Below are positions 8,861 through 17,863 of a stretch of 64,000 nt of DNA, one piece after another; the stretch's first letter is position 1, and the number at the start of each line of letters is the position of its first letter. The notes beneath the pieces were generated by a model, which saw nothing but the letters and a program-made list of their open reading frames with translations, was not told the DNA's origin and did not search any database. Source of the stretch: a virus (taxonomy: Duplodnaviria > Caudoviricetes); the IMG/VR virus record IMGVR_UViG_3300028591_000078, positions 128,001-192,000 of that record. One strand, 5' to 3'. Position numbers and translations under genes: made by a program.

Positions 8861-9043
8861 AATAGTAATTAGAGGACGATGTATGCACACATCTATTATA
8901 CTATCTCCGCAGAGAAGTACCTTATATGAATAGCTTATACCCCTTAAGCTGCTACTCATTTATATTTTTGTTATCTCTATCATAAAGTATAATATCGAAA
9001 GCCCGAAACATATTAGTAATTTGATCTAATAGGAGGAATTATC

Positions 9044-10771
9044 ATGGGTATATTTAGCTTGAGAGAATCTAACCTCTCTTCTAAAGAGAGAAATGAGTTA
9101 AAAGATTCTCAGTTTGGCTTACCTGAGGATAGAAAGTATCCTCTTAATGATGCAGACCATGTAAGATCTGCTATAAAGTTATTCGGACACTGTGAAGAGT
9201 CTAAGAAGACTCAACTTGCAAAGAGAATAAATGCCGCTGCAAAGAAGTATGGAGTAGAAATTAAGAAGGATAGTGCTGTTGCAGAGTATCTTAATGAGGC
9301 TGTACTTCTTGAAGCTAGTCATAGAAAGTATAAATGTCCTTATTGTAATGCTACTAAGGATAGGGATGATCTTATATCTCATATAGAAAGAAATCATGAT
9401 GATATGATTCCTAAGGGATATACTCCTACAAGAATAGTATTCGATATAGTAAATAATAAGAAGCCTGGAGAAGGCTTTGGAATATGTAGAGTATGCAAAG
9501 GTCATACATCTTGGAATGAAAAGACTTGTAAATATAATGTGCTCTGCGACAATCCTAACTGTCGGAAGGCTCTTAGAGAGAAAGCTAAGAAGAATATGAT
9601 TAAAGTATATGGTAAAACTACTCTCTTAGATGATCCTGAGCACCAGCAGAAGATGCTTGCTAACAGATCTATCTCTGGTACTTATACATTTAGAGATGGT
9701 GGTAAGATTACATATACTGGATCTTATGAAAAGAAAGCTCTTGAGTTCTTTGATCAAGTATTAGAAGTTCCTAGTAGTGATATAATGGCTCCTGGACCTA
9801 CATTAGAATATGAGTTTGAAGGTGAGAAGCGTTATTGGATTACTGATATCTACTATATACCTTATAATCTGATCATAGAGGTTAAGGATGGTGGAGATAA
9901 TCCTAATACTAGAGATATGCCTATATATAGAGGGAAGCAGTATGCCAAAGAAGAAATGATTACAAATCTTGGAAAGTTTAACTATCTTAGACTTACTAAT
10001 AATGATTTCTCTCAACTCTTATATATAATGGCTGATATGAAGTCTAATCTTCTTGATAATACTCAGGATCATACAAAAACTAATATCAGAATCAATGAGA
10101 CTTCTGGAACTGCTGCTATAATGGGAGCTATTCCTAATGCTACAGACTTTAATTGCTATATCATAAATTATCCTGAGCATAATCAGATCTCAGGTGAAGA
10201 TATAGAAAGGTCTGTTATAGCTAAAGATATAAACTCTAAAACAGTATTAGCTCTTGATGAGAAGAATAAGGTAGTTAAGAAGAAAGCTAAGGATTTACTT
10301 GAAAAAGGTATATTTGATATCTATAGAATCAATGTACCTGATAGAAGCGAAGCAATCCTTAGAATAAAAGAAGCTACTAAGACTCCTGTATATGGAGATA
10401 ATGATTTTGCAATATTCTATGAGATGATTACTGGTAAACCTCTTCTTGATAAAGACCAGCTTGCTATAGATGAGTGTACTACTCATGTAGATCTGGTAGC
10501 TATAAAGAAGAGATTCCTTAATGAGCAGAAGAGTATTAAAGGATATATGGCTAATAACTCTTTTGATAATCTTAGACTTCCTGTATTCGATCCTAAGAAG
10601 ATGGAATACAATGATTATATAGAGCGTAGAACTGACAAGGTATACTCTATCAAGGAAGATATGGATGGATACTTCTTATATAATAATGATACTGGAGCTA
10701 GATCCGAATCACATAAGAATATCTATGAAGTAACCTTAGAATTAATTTCTAATATGGAGGTAACAATATAG
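9044..10771 (+). CDS. Multidomain protein: N-terminal FGLP..RKYPL..HVRSA domain, C2H2 and CxxC zinc motifs, TnsA/gp4-like PD-(D/E)xK nuclease domain
   Basis: CPYC..H....H; CRVC...C....C; GSYE...TD.......IEVK nuclease motif; late promoter at 9007. Confidence 0.65.
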   Translation: MGIFSLRESNLSSKERNELKDSQFGLPEDRKYPLNDADHVRSAIKLFGHCEESKKTQLAKRINAAAKKYGVEIKKDSAVAEYLNEAVLLEASHRKYKCPYCNATKDRDDLISHIERNHDDMIPKGYTPTRIVFDIVNNKKPGEGFGICRVCKGHTSWNEKTCKYNVLCDNPNCRKALREKAKKNMIKVYGKTTLLDDPEHQQKMLANRSISGTYTFRDGGKITYTGSYEKKALEFFDQVLEVPSSDIMAPGPTLEYEFEGEKRYWITDIYYIPYNLIIEVKDGGDNPNTRDMPIYRGKQYAKEEMITNLGKFNYLRLTNNDFSQLLYIMADMKSNLLDNTQDHTKTNIRINETSGTAAIMGAIPNATDFNCYIINYPEHNQISGEDIERSVIAKDINSKTVLALDEKNKVVKKKAKDLLEKGIFDIYRINVPDRSEAILRIKEATKTPVYGDNDFAIFYEMITGKPLLDKDQLAIDECTTHVDLVAIKKRFLNEQKSIKGYMANNSFDNLRLPVFDPKKMEYNDYIERRTDKVYSIKEDMDGYFLYNNDTGARSESHKNIYEVTLELISNMEVTI

Positions 10772-10772
10772 T

Positions 10773-10891
10773 GACGGAGAAGTAGGTGCGCGCATAGTCC
10801 GTCTCGTTCGCCGCGCGTGGCATGATCTGGCCAATACTTCGCGGCTTGTGGCTCATTTGGCAGGGTTGGAGCTTCTAACTAATCCTCCAAC
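10773..10891. ncRNA. GC-rich three-hairpin intergenic element, candidate ncRNA
   Basis: Stems GACGGA/TCCGTC, GCCGCG/CGCGGC, GTTGGAG/CTCCAAC; GC content far above the flanks. Confidence 0.4.
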
Positions 10892-10900
10892 AGGAATAAA

Positions 10901-10929
10901 GAACCCAGAGGTATAGTACCTCTGGGTTC
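10901..10929. terminator. Bidirectional terminator
   Basis: GAACCCAGAGGTA-TAG-TACCTCTGGGTTC. Confidence 0.75.
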
Positions 10930-10940
10930 GTTTTGTGTTT

Positions 10941-11789
10941 TTAAGATAATGCATTTATTTTAGCATCACATAACCGTATTAAAGACTCATATCTTTTTAT
11001 AGCCAAGGATCTATCTTTACCACTAATAGAATCAGGAGCTGCTCTTACCATATCCAATATGATCCACCATATATTTTTAAAACCAATATCTATAAGCCAA
11101 TCAAAAAAGTCCTGATTATCTATAGCTTTTGCTTGCTTTAAGCAATCTTCAAATATTGATTTTGCTTCTTTATATAATTTTATTGCTACTTTTGAATCTT
11201 TTTCTTTTTTAGCACTCTTAAATAATCTTGAAGCTTCTTTGTGCTGACTAGAGAAATAAACTGTCCACTTCTGTATTTTAGCGGATTCATTAACAGGCTT
11301 TCTACCTTTCTTAGCAACCTTAATACCCTTAGTCTTAAGCTGTCTAAGAACTGTAGCAGTATTATATATTCCACCGAGCTTCTTCTTGGAGCCGGTGGCC
11401 TTCTTAAGCTTCTTAGACTCTTCAAGATATTCAAGAGCATCTTCCTCAGACTCAATAAGAACATACAGATCATCGACTTCAATATTATTAGCTTCGGCTA
11501 TATCAGCAACAGCCTGATCTATATCAACGAGGCTATTAGTATCCATATACTTAGCGAGCATTTCAAGCTCTACACAGAAAGGACTATCATCGCAGTCATC
11601 TATCTGAAGTACAGGAATACTTTCTTTTGGATAAACCACATAATCTTTATCTATCTCTCTCTTTATATCAGCATAAAGCCCATCGAGTTCAAGCTTTACG
11701 TCAGAGTCAAAAATAGAATCAGTATTGTAGCTATCAGATTCTGCACATTCGCTTATAAGATCGAATGCCTTCTTATTTACTATAGACAT
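10941..11789 (-). CDS. Probable internal head/virion protein
   Basis: RBS AAGGAGG before ATG 11789; late promoter 11819-11830; acidic N-half, basic C-half; LxE(S) motifs. Confidence 0.55.
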   Translation of the reverse strand: MSIVNKKAFDLISECAESDSYNTDSIFDSDVKLELDGLYADIKREIDKDYVVYPKESIPVLQIDDCDDSPFCVELEMLAKYMDTNSLVDIDQAVADIAEANNIEVDDLYVLIESEEDALEYLEESKKLKKATGSKKKLGGIYNTATVLRQLKTKGIKVAKKGRKPVNESAKIQKWTVYFSSQHKEASRLFKSAKKEKDSKVAIKLYKEAKSIFEDCLKQAKAIDNQDFFDWLIDIGFKNIWWIILDMVRAAPDSISGKDRSLAIKRYESLIRLCDAKINALS

Positions 11790-11901
11790 TAGTAATTCCT
11801 CCTTAGTGTCTAGATTTTTATTAGTATGTTGCCAATATACCGAATTCAAAGGATTTTAAGATTGTATACTATAATAATGGTATTAGAAAGGAGGTGTTAT
11901 A

Positions 11902-12603
11902 ATGGCACTGACAATGTTGCCTGACATTACAGGCGAAGAATATTATAATATCTTTTGTGATGCATCTATAAAGACTTTTGAAGATGGAGTCACAATAGGT
12001 TGTGCTGGTGCAATAGGAATGCACGGCAATAAAAAAGATATGTGGCGGTATCAAATAGTACCAGCCACTACTAATAATAACAGCGAGATAACTGCAATGT
12101 TTCTAGCTGTTGAACTTGCTCTTGTAGCAAGACAGTTCTATAAGAATATTAATGTCTTTTCTGATAGTAAGATATGCGTATTTGGAATAAGACATTGGTA
12201 TGAAGGATGGTTGAGAAACATGGACGAAAATGGAGTCTTATATGGCTCCAATGGAGCTCCAGTAGCCAACCAAGAGATCTTTAAAGATGTAATGAGATTT
12301 GTACTACAGAATGAACTCAAGTTCAATCTCTATCATCAGAAAGGTCATGTGACAAATACTAAAGAGTCTATGGCTAATGCACTTTCTGTATTCAGAGTAA
12401 GCAATAAGATGGATATTTCTGAACAGAATCTTCGATATATTACTAAAGGTAATATAGAGGTAGACAAAACAACAAAAGCACATTTGAAGCTTATCAATAG
12501 CTCCAATGGTTATAAGACTCCGATCAATAGGGTATTCAACTCTATTGTCACTTATGACGATGTGCCAAAATATTCCAGACTAGTAGGTGGTGGAAAGATA
12601 TGA
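11902..12603 (+). CDS. rnhA: Ribonuclease HI
   Basis: IFCDAS, TNNNSE, FSDS, HQKGH, GN..VD catalytic pattern; early promoter 11863-11879. Confidence 0.88.
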   Translation: MALTMLPDITGEEYYNIFCDASIKTFEDGVTIGCAGAIGMHGNKKDMWRYQIVPATTNNNSEITAMFLAVELALVARQFYKNINVFSDSKICVFGIRHWYEGWLRNMDENGVLYGSNGAPVANQEIFKDVMRFVLQNELKFNLYHQKGHVTNTKESMANALSVFRVSNKMDISEQNLRYITKGNIEVDKTTKAHLKLINSSNGYKTPINRVFNSIVTYDDVPKYSRLVGGGKI

Positions 12604-13004
12604 AAGTAGCAATATCTAATAATAATGGTAGTATGACTAAAGATGTAGAGGCCATGGTATGGCAAATGGATACGTTTGGTAGTGGTTATAGTACAGCTTT
12701 AAAAGCAGATGTACTATTAAACTTAACTAATGCATGTCATATAGTAGGTAGTGTAGACAAGACTAGTTCTAGAACATATTTAGAATTAGACAATGCAGCA
12801 GATTTCATAGTAGATATATTTATAGAGTTCGAGAATCTACTCAGACATTCTAATAATAAACCTGAAATAGATTCTTTGGCATTACTAGCAGGTAATACAT
12901 TCCTCAATGCATTTAGATCTATTGTTGATACGCCTCTTAAGGCAGAAGTTTTATCTGGCAGGTATATTCAAATGCTATTCAAACTCACCAAAATAGCAAA
13001 CTAA
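12600..13004 (+). CDS. Hypothetical protein
   Basis: ATGA overlap with the RNase H gene. Confidence 0.7.
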   Translation: MKVAISNNNGSMTKDVEAMVWQMDTFGSGYSTALKADVLLNLTNACHIVGSVDKTSSRTYLELDNAADFIVDIFIEFENLLRHSNNKPEIDSLALLAGNTFLNAFRSIVDTPLKAEVLSGRYIQMLFKLTKIAN

Positions 13005-13051
13005 AGCTACAAGAACTATTAGTAATCAATAATATTAGGAGGATTACTTAA

Positions 13052-14002
13052 ATGAAACGTTTAGACCCCGCAACTCAGATTGAGATCGATTCGATGATCG
13101 AATCTGATCCTAGATTTCAGAATGCACCTGAAGATACAATTGAAGTAACTGAAGGTAAAATTGATGAAGAACTTGCAGAGTATGGAACATCAATGCTTGA
13201 AAAAGAGTGTAAAGAAGACATGAAGAAAAGAGGTCTTCTTGATCTTGTATATGATGAAAAGAAAGGTCAGGTTATACCTGATCAGATATCTTTCTATACT
13301 AAGGTAGGAGCTTTCCTGCAGGATACAGGTACAGTATTTGCTACCAAGATTGCAAATACTTATGAACAAGCCGCTAATATTGAAGATGTCAATGATAAAA
13401 TAAAAGAGCTCAGGAATTTAAGTTCAAATTTCAGTGCTTATACAAATAGCGTAAATGCTATTATAAATTATCGTGTATCCTATCATTTTGCTACATTCCA
13501 GATGAGCTTAGCCGCTAATAGCTGGAAATTTGCAGCAGTATTCAAAGCTATAGGTAATCTTGAAGCTATTTCTAGATATAGACTCGGCCCTATAGCATAT
13601 CCTGGTGAATATAATATGTCTAAAGATGTGATATTTGTCACAGCTTTAAATATAGCTACTGTATTCTATCAGGAAGCTATAAATAAAAAGCTCGAACCTA
13701 CAGATTATCCTGACTTTGCAGCGCTTACTATGGAAGATATATATAGCCTTGCAAACTTTATGGTACCCGGACTCTGTGCAATGCTTGAGTTTATACAGAC
13801 AGATATAAGATATTACAAATCTACTATGCTACCTGGATATAATCCGAAGACTATGAATGGTTTTCCTAATCTTATATCTAAAGAGCTTTCTAAAAGTATT
13901 GATGCAGCTTATAACGAAAAGTTCAAAGCAAAGAAAGCCGGTCTTATAGCAAAAGATGATGACGATGACAATTATGGTGACGATGGATATGACCCATTCT
14001 AA
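13052..14002 (+). CDS. Hypothetical protein
   Basis: RBS AGGAGG, 316 aa. Confidence 0.75.
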   Translation: MKRLDPATQIEIDSMIESDPRFQNAPEDTIEVTEGKIDEELAEYGTSMLEKECKEDMKKRGLLDLVYDEKKGQVIPDQISFYTKVGAFLQDTGTVFATKIANTYEQAANIEDVNDKIKELRNLSSNFSAYTNSVNAIINYRVSYHFATFQMSLAANSWKFAAVFKAIGNLEAISRYRLGPIAYPGEYNMSKDVIFVTALNIATVFYQEAINKKLEPTDYPDFAALTMEDIYSLANFMVPGLCAMLEFIQTDIRYYKSTMLPGYNPKTMNGFPNLISKELSKSIDAAYNEKFKAKKAGLIAKDDDDDNYGDDGYDPF

Positions 14003-14093
14003 AAATAATACAGGAGTTGTCTCAAAGACAACTCCGATATTATCCCTTTCTACAGTTATATACTATAGATGTAGATAGAAAGGAGGAAATATA

Positions 14094-15350
14094 TTGGCCT
14101 TCAATGACTATAACCCTATAACAGATACTAGTCTTCCAAAAGAAGTAAGACTTAAGTATGTTAAAGAGGGTGTAAAGCATAGCCCACCAAAGGAAGAAAC
14201 TCCTGAGGAAAGAGCTAAAAGAAATCGAGAGCGTATGGCTAGAGAAGCCGATGCTCTACAGATGGCTAGGAATGGCATGACTCTTGAGCAACAAGAACAA
14301 AAGCTCATGAGAGAGTATTCCAGGTATATGGCTAGACCTACAGCAGAAGATGTTGCAGGTTTTAAACCAGAAATACCAGAAGTAAGGCCTGATCCGCCTG
14401 ATGCTCCACAGTATACACCATATACTCAAGAGCAGATAAATCAGATGAATCAGAGCTTCAGCAACCAAGTCTTATATGGAGGAAGCTATTATTATAATAA
14501 TGGCTATAATCCATATTGGAATGCTGGTTATAATGGGTATGCCTATGCGTATAACGGAGCGTATAGTCCTACCATGTATTCCCAGTTTATGAATGAAGAG
14601 CAGCAGAGAATTGCTGCACTGCGAGAAGAGCAGTTAAACATAATGAGTATCTTGATCTCTGGGGCCAGAACTGGCGCTACTGGCGTTATGACGACTCCTG
14701 AAGAGGTTAAGAAAGAGTTACTGACTCCTCCGCAGAAGAGAATAGAGGATGAGTATGCTAAGAGAAAGCTTGTAATACATGTCCCTGGAATTAGATTAAC
14801 CGTAGGTGACAAGGTAATTAAAGAAGTTGAAGCCCACGATGTCGAATATTCTGGACGTGACCTTATGTTGTATGAACAAGAAGAGCAGCAATTCAGAGCT
14901 ACGATTGCTACTGCAGTAGAAGGTAATGTTGTTAAAGCTCAGCAGCTTGCTTGGGTTAATCAACAGAGAGAAGCTTATCGAAAGAAATATCCTCTGAGTA
15001 TGAAGATAGACGAGTTCTGGGATCATTATGGTACAGAAATGTATCATGATTATATCGATGATCTCGTTCAGAAACAGCAGAAGAAACTCATGGGTCTTTA
15101 TGATAGTAATGAGTTCTCTAAGGTATTACGGCAGTTCATGAAGAAGACTAATCCTTATGGATATTCTATCTATCAGAATGCTATGATGAATACCAACAAT
15201 GGATATATAAATATGTCTGGCCCTATAAATGTAAATGATCTTGAAGTATCTCTTCCTAATCATTTGCGTAACGAGGCAGATAAGCGTAGATCCGAATTCT
15301 TTGCCAGGATTATGACTGGAAGAACCCAGGGTCCTGGTCAATCTCCCTAA
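14094..15350 (+). CDS. Hypothetical protein with Y/N-rich low-complexity segment
   Basis: RBS AGGAGG, TTG start, early promoter at 14057. Confidence 0.75.
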   Translation: MAFNDYNPITDTSLPKEVRLKYVKEGVKHSPPKEETPEERAKRNRERMAREADALQMARNGMTLEQQEQKLMREYSRYMARPTAEDVAGFKPEIPEVRPDPPDAPQYTPYTQEQINQMNQSFSNQVLYGGSYYYNNGYNPYWNAGYNGYAYAYNGAYSPTMYSQFMNEEQQRIAALREEQLNIMSILISGARTGATGVMTTPEEVKKELLTPPQKRIEDEYAKRKLVIHVPGIRLTVGDKVIKEVEAHDVEYSGRDLMLYEQEEQQFRATIATAVEGNVVKAQQLAWVNQQREAYRKKYPLSMKIDEFWDHYGTEMYHDYIDDLVQKQQKKLMGLYDSNEFSKVLRQFMKKTNPYGYSIYQNAMMNTNNGYINMSGPINVNDLEVSLPNHLRNEADKRRSEFFARIMTGRTQGPGQSP

Positions 15351-15366
15351 AAGGAGGTATAAATAG

Positions 15367-17808
15367 TTGGCTAGAGCAGATATACTGAAAGTATTATACT
15401 CGAAAACACTCAGTCCGTTAGAGTTTAGGTTTGAGAGTTTAGTAATACCAAGTATGTACAACTATTTAACGCCATATGATATACAAGCACTCAATGATGT
15501 AGCAACCTCTGTTATGTATAATGCTAACAGAAAGTTTAAAGAAAAAGAGATTGATCGAATAATGGTCAATCGAAGTTTCAGAAGGTTTCATTGTGGAACC
15601 AATAGAGTAGTATATAGACACCTAGAAGATCCTAGGTTTGTGGCAAAAATAGCGTTAGATAGAACTGGTTTAAGAGATAATCCTAGTGAATTTAAAAACC
15701 AGGCTTATCTTAAACCATTCATAACTAAAGTATTTGAAGTTTCACCTTGCGGTACAGTAGGTTTTGTTGAAAAGGTAGAACCTATTACTAGTAGAGAAGA
15801 GTTCCTTAATATAGCTAATGATGTGTTCGATGTGCTGGTCTATGGTTTAATTGGACTCTATGCATTAGACGATGTTGGGACAGACTTCTTTATGAATTGG
15901 GGAGTAAGATTAGGCTTTGGACCAGTCTTGCTAGACTTCCCATATGTATTCAGACTAGATGGAAACAAGCTTCATTGTGCTTTACCTGAAATAGATCCTT
16001 ATGGCAATAGAACTGGAAGGATTTGCGATGGTGAAATAGACTATGATGATGGTTTCAATTATCTAGTATGTCCCAAGTGTGGAAAGAAATACTGTGCAAG
16101 AGATCTTGCTGAAGCACAGCAAGATAATCTGATAATATTAAAAGGAGGACAAGAAGATATGCCTTTAAAAGTATGTGTATTCTTCGGAGATAAGCCCCTT
16201 GGAGGCTCTGAACCGCAGAAGGAGACTGATAAGATAGTGTACACAAGTGCACCTAAGAAACCTACAATCAGCAATAGTATAGGAGGCCTTAAGGTAGCTC
16301 TTGCTAAGATGCCTAATCCTGCAGAGAAACCTAAGCCTGTAGACTTCTCATCTCATATTCCTGAGAAATTTGGCGAAGTAGATAGAGAAGCTCTTCCGCC
16401 TGTTATTCAGGAACTGTTAGAGCAGAAAGCTGCTCTGGAAGAAGCATATGAAAAGAAGTCTGCTCCTGAGCTGATAGTTGGATTCCCGCCTAAACAGGAG
16501 AGCAATACTCCAATTACAGCTGATCAGGTAATGATCACTGAAAATAAGAAGAACTATACCAGTCCTGTGAAAATTCCTGAAGCTGATGTAGCTAAACCTA
16601 AAGGAGGAATAACACTCTCATTCAATGGTAAGGAAACTACAATAGGTAATCCTACTGTTAAAGAGAAGAAGACAGAGAAAAGAGAGGGCACACCTATGAG
16701 GAAGGGACCTAAGTTCAATCATAACTACAAAGCCAAGTTCAATGTAATAGAGGATCAGCCTGAACAGCCGCAGGTTAAGGAAGAAGTTGTCAAGGAACCT
16801 GTTGTAGAAGAGCCTGCTCCTAAAGTTACAGTTGAACTGAATGGTGTACCTGGAACGAGTCAGACTAATGACTATTCTCGTTTTCAGCAGATAATCGATA
16901 GTATATCTGAGAGACAGATGGACGAAGAATCTACTTATCCTCAGATGACTATCGATACAGTTTTCAAGAAGTTACCGTCTTCTGATATGGTAAACAGTAT
17001 GAGAACTGTTATCGAGGATCTCAGATCTGACATAGAAGATGGTATGATCGACATTGATGAAAATGCTGATGACACATTTATCGATCACGTTGTTCATAAG
17101 TATTACGGTTGTACTGTTGATACTTATATAAAGAGAAACAATGGAGATATCTTCGTCAATATAGTAGAAGATGAATATCCTGATCAGCCTTTTAAGTTCA
17201 GAAATAATATCAAAGAGATGTATCCTGATATAATCTTTGATACACCTGACGATGAGGAAGATGATGAAGAGGATGTAGATGAAGAAGATATTGCTGCTGA
17301 GTCTACAGATGAATCAGAAGAGTCTACTGAAGAGCCTTCTGACGAGACTCCTGCTGAAGAGGAACAGGTTCAGAAGATAGATACTTCTAACTATGAACCC
17401 TTGTTCCCTAAGCTGACAGAGGATTTCAAGAGAATGTGTAAGGAATCTCTGCCTGAGAATAGTAATAGAGTAGATGCAAAGGTATTCAAGATAAGTGGAG
17501 ACCCTCATGTCTTTGTAATGCCGATGTATGAAAATGAGATCTATGATTCTCCTATTCAGTATGGAACCTTTGATGAGCTGTTCGAAAGAATCAGTAAGAT
17601 CAGAGGTACAACTTTCCCTGAGAATGTAAAGGCTAAACTCATGGAAGAGATAACAGATGATGACTCATTCAATGTCGTAGTTGCTGGAAATGCAAGAATT
17701 ATCTCGCCTAATACTGAATCCGGTTCAGATGGGTTATCAAACAATGCTGAACATACTGTAAAGCGTGAACAGCACCATACAGATCCTAGCAACCTTGCTA
17801 GTTTCTAA
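15367..17808 (+). CDS. Atypical protein kinase-like protein with zinc ribbon and long acidic C-terminal region
   Basis: GTNRVVY, VAKIA, alphaC Glu, D......NWG catalytic loop, VLLDF; CDG...CPKC. Confidence 0.65.
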   Translation: MARADILKVLYSKTLSPLEFRFESLVIPSMYNYLTPYDIQALNDVATSVMYNANRKFKEKEIDRIMVNRSFRRFHCGTNRVVYRHLEDPRFVAKIALDRTGLRDNPSEFKNQAYLKPFITKVFEVSPCGTVGFVEKVEPITSREEFLNIANDVFDVLVYGLIGLYALDDVGTDFFMNWGVRLGFGPVLLDFPYVFRLDGNKLHCALPEIDPYGNRTGRICDGEIDYDDGFNYLVCPKCGKKYCARDLAEAQQDNLIILKGGQEDMPLKVCVFFGDKPLGGSEPQKETDKIVYTSAPKKPTISNSIGGLKVALAKMPNPAEKPKPVDFSSHIPEKFGEVDREALPPVIQELLEQKAALEEAYEKKSAPELIVGFPPKQESNTPITADQVMITENKKNYTSPVKIPEADVAKPKGGITLSFNGKETTIGNPTVKEKKTEKREGTPMRKGPKFNHNYKAKFNVIEDQPEQPQVKEEVVKEPVVEEPAPKVTVELNGVPGTSQTNDYSRFQQIIDSISERQMDEESTYPQMTIDTVFKKLPSSDMVNSMRTVIEDLRSDIEDGMIDIDENADDTFIDHVVHKYYGCTVDTYIKRNNGDIFVNIVEDEYPDQPFKFRNNIKEMYPDIIFDTPDDEEDDEEDVDEEDIAAESTDESEESTEEPSDETPAEEEQVQKIDTSNYEPLFPKLTEDFKRMCKESLPENSNRVDAKVFKISGDPHVFVMPMYENEIYDSPIQYGTFDELFERISKIRGTTFPENVKAKLMEEITDDDSFNVVVAGNARIISPNTESGSDGLSNNAEHTVKREQHHTDPSNLASF

Positions 17809-17816
17809 GTAAAAGA

Positions 17817-17850
17817 ATAAACGGTGGTTCAATCCACCGTTTATTTTTTA
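17817..17850 (+). terminator. Intrinsic terminator
   Basis: ATAAACGGTGG/CCACCGTTTAT followed by a T-tract. Confidence 0.75.
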
Positions 17851-17863
17851 TAGGAGGAGAACA

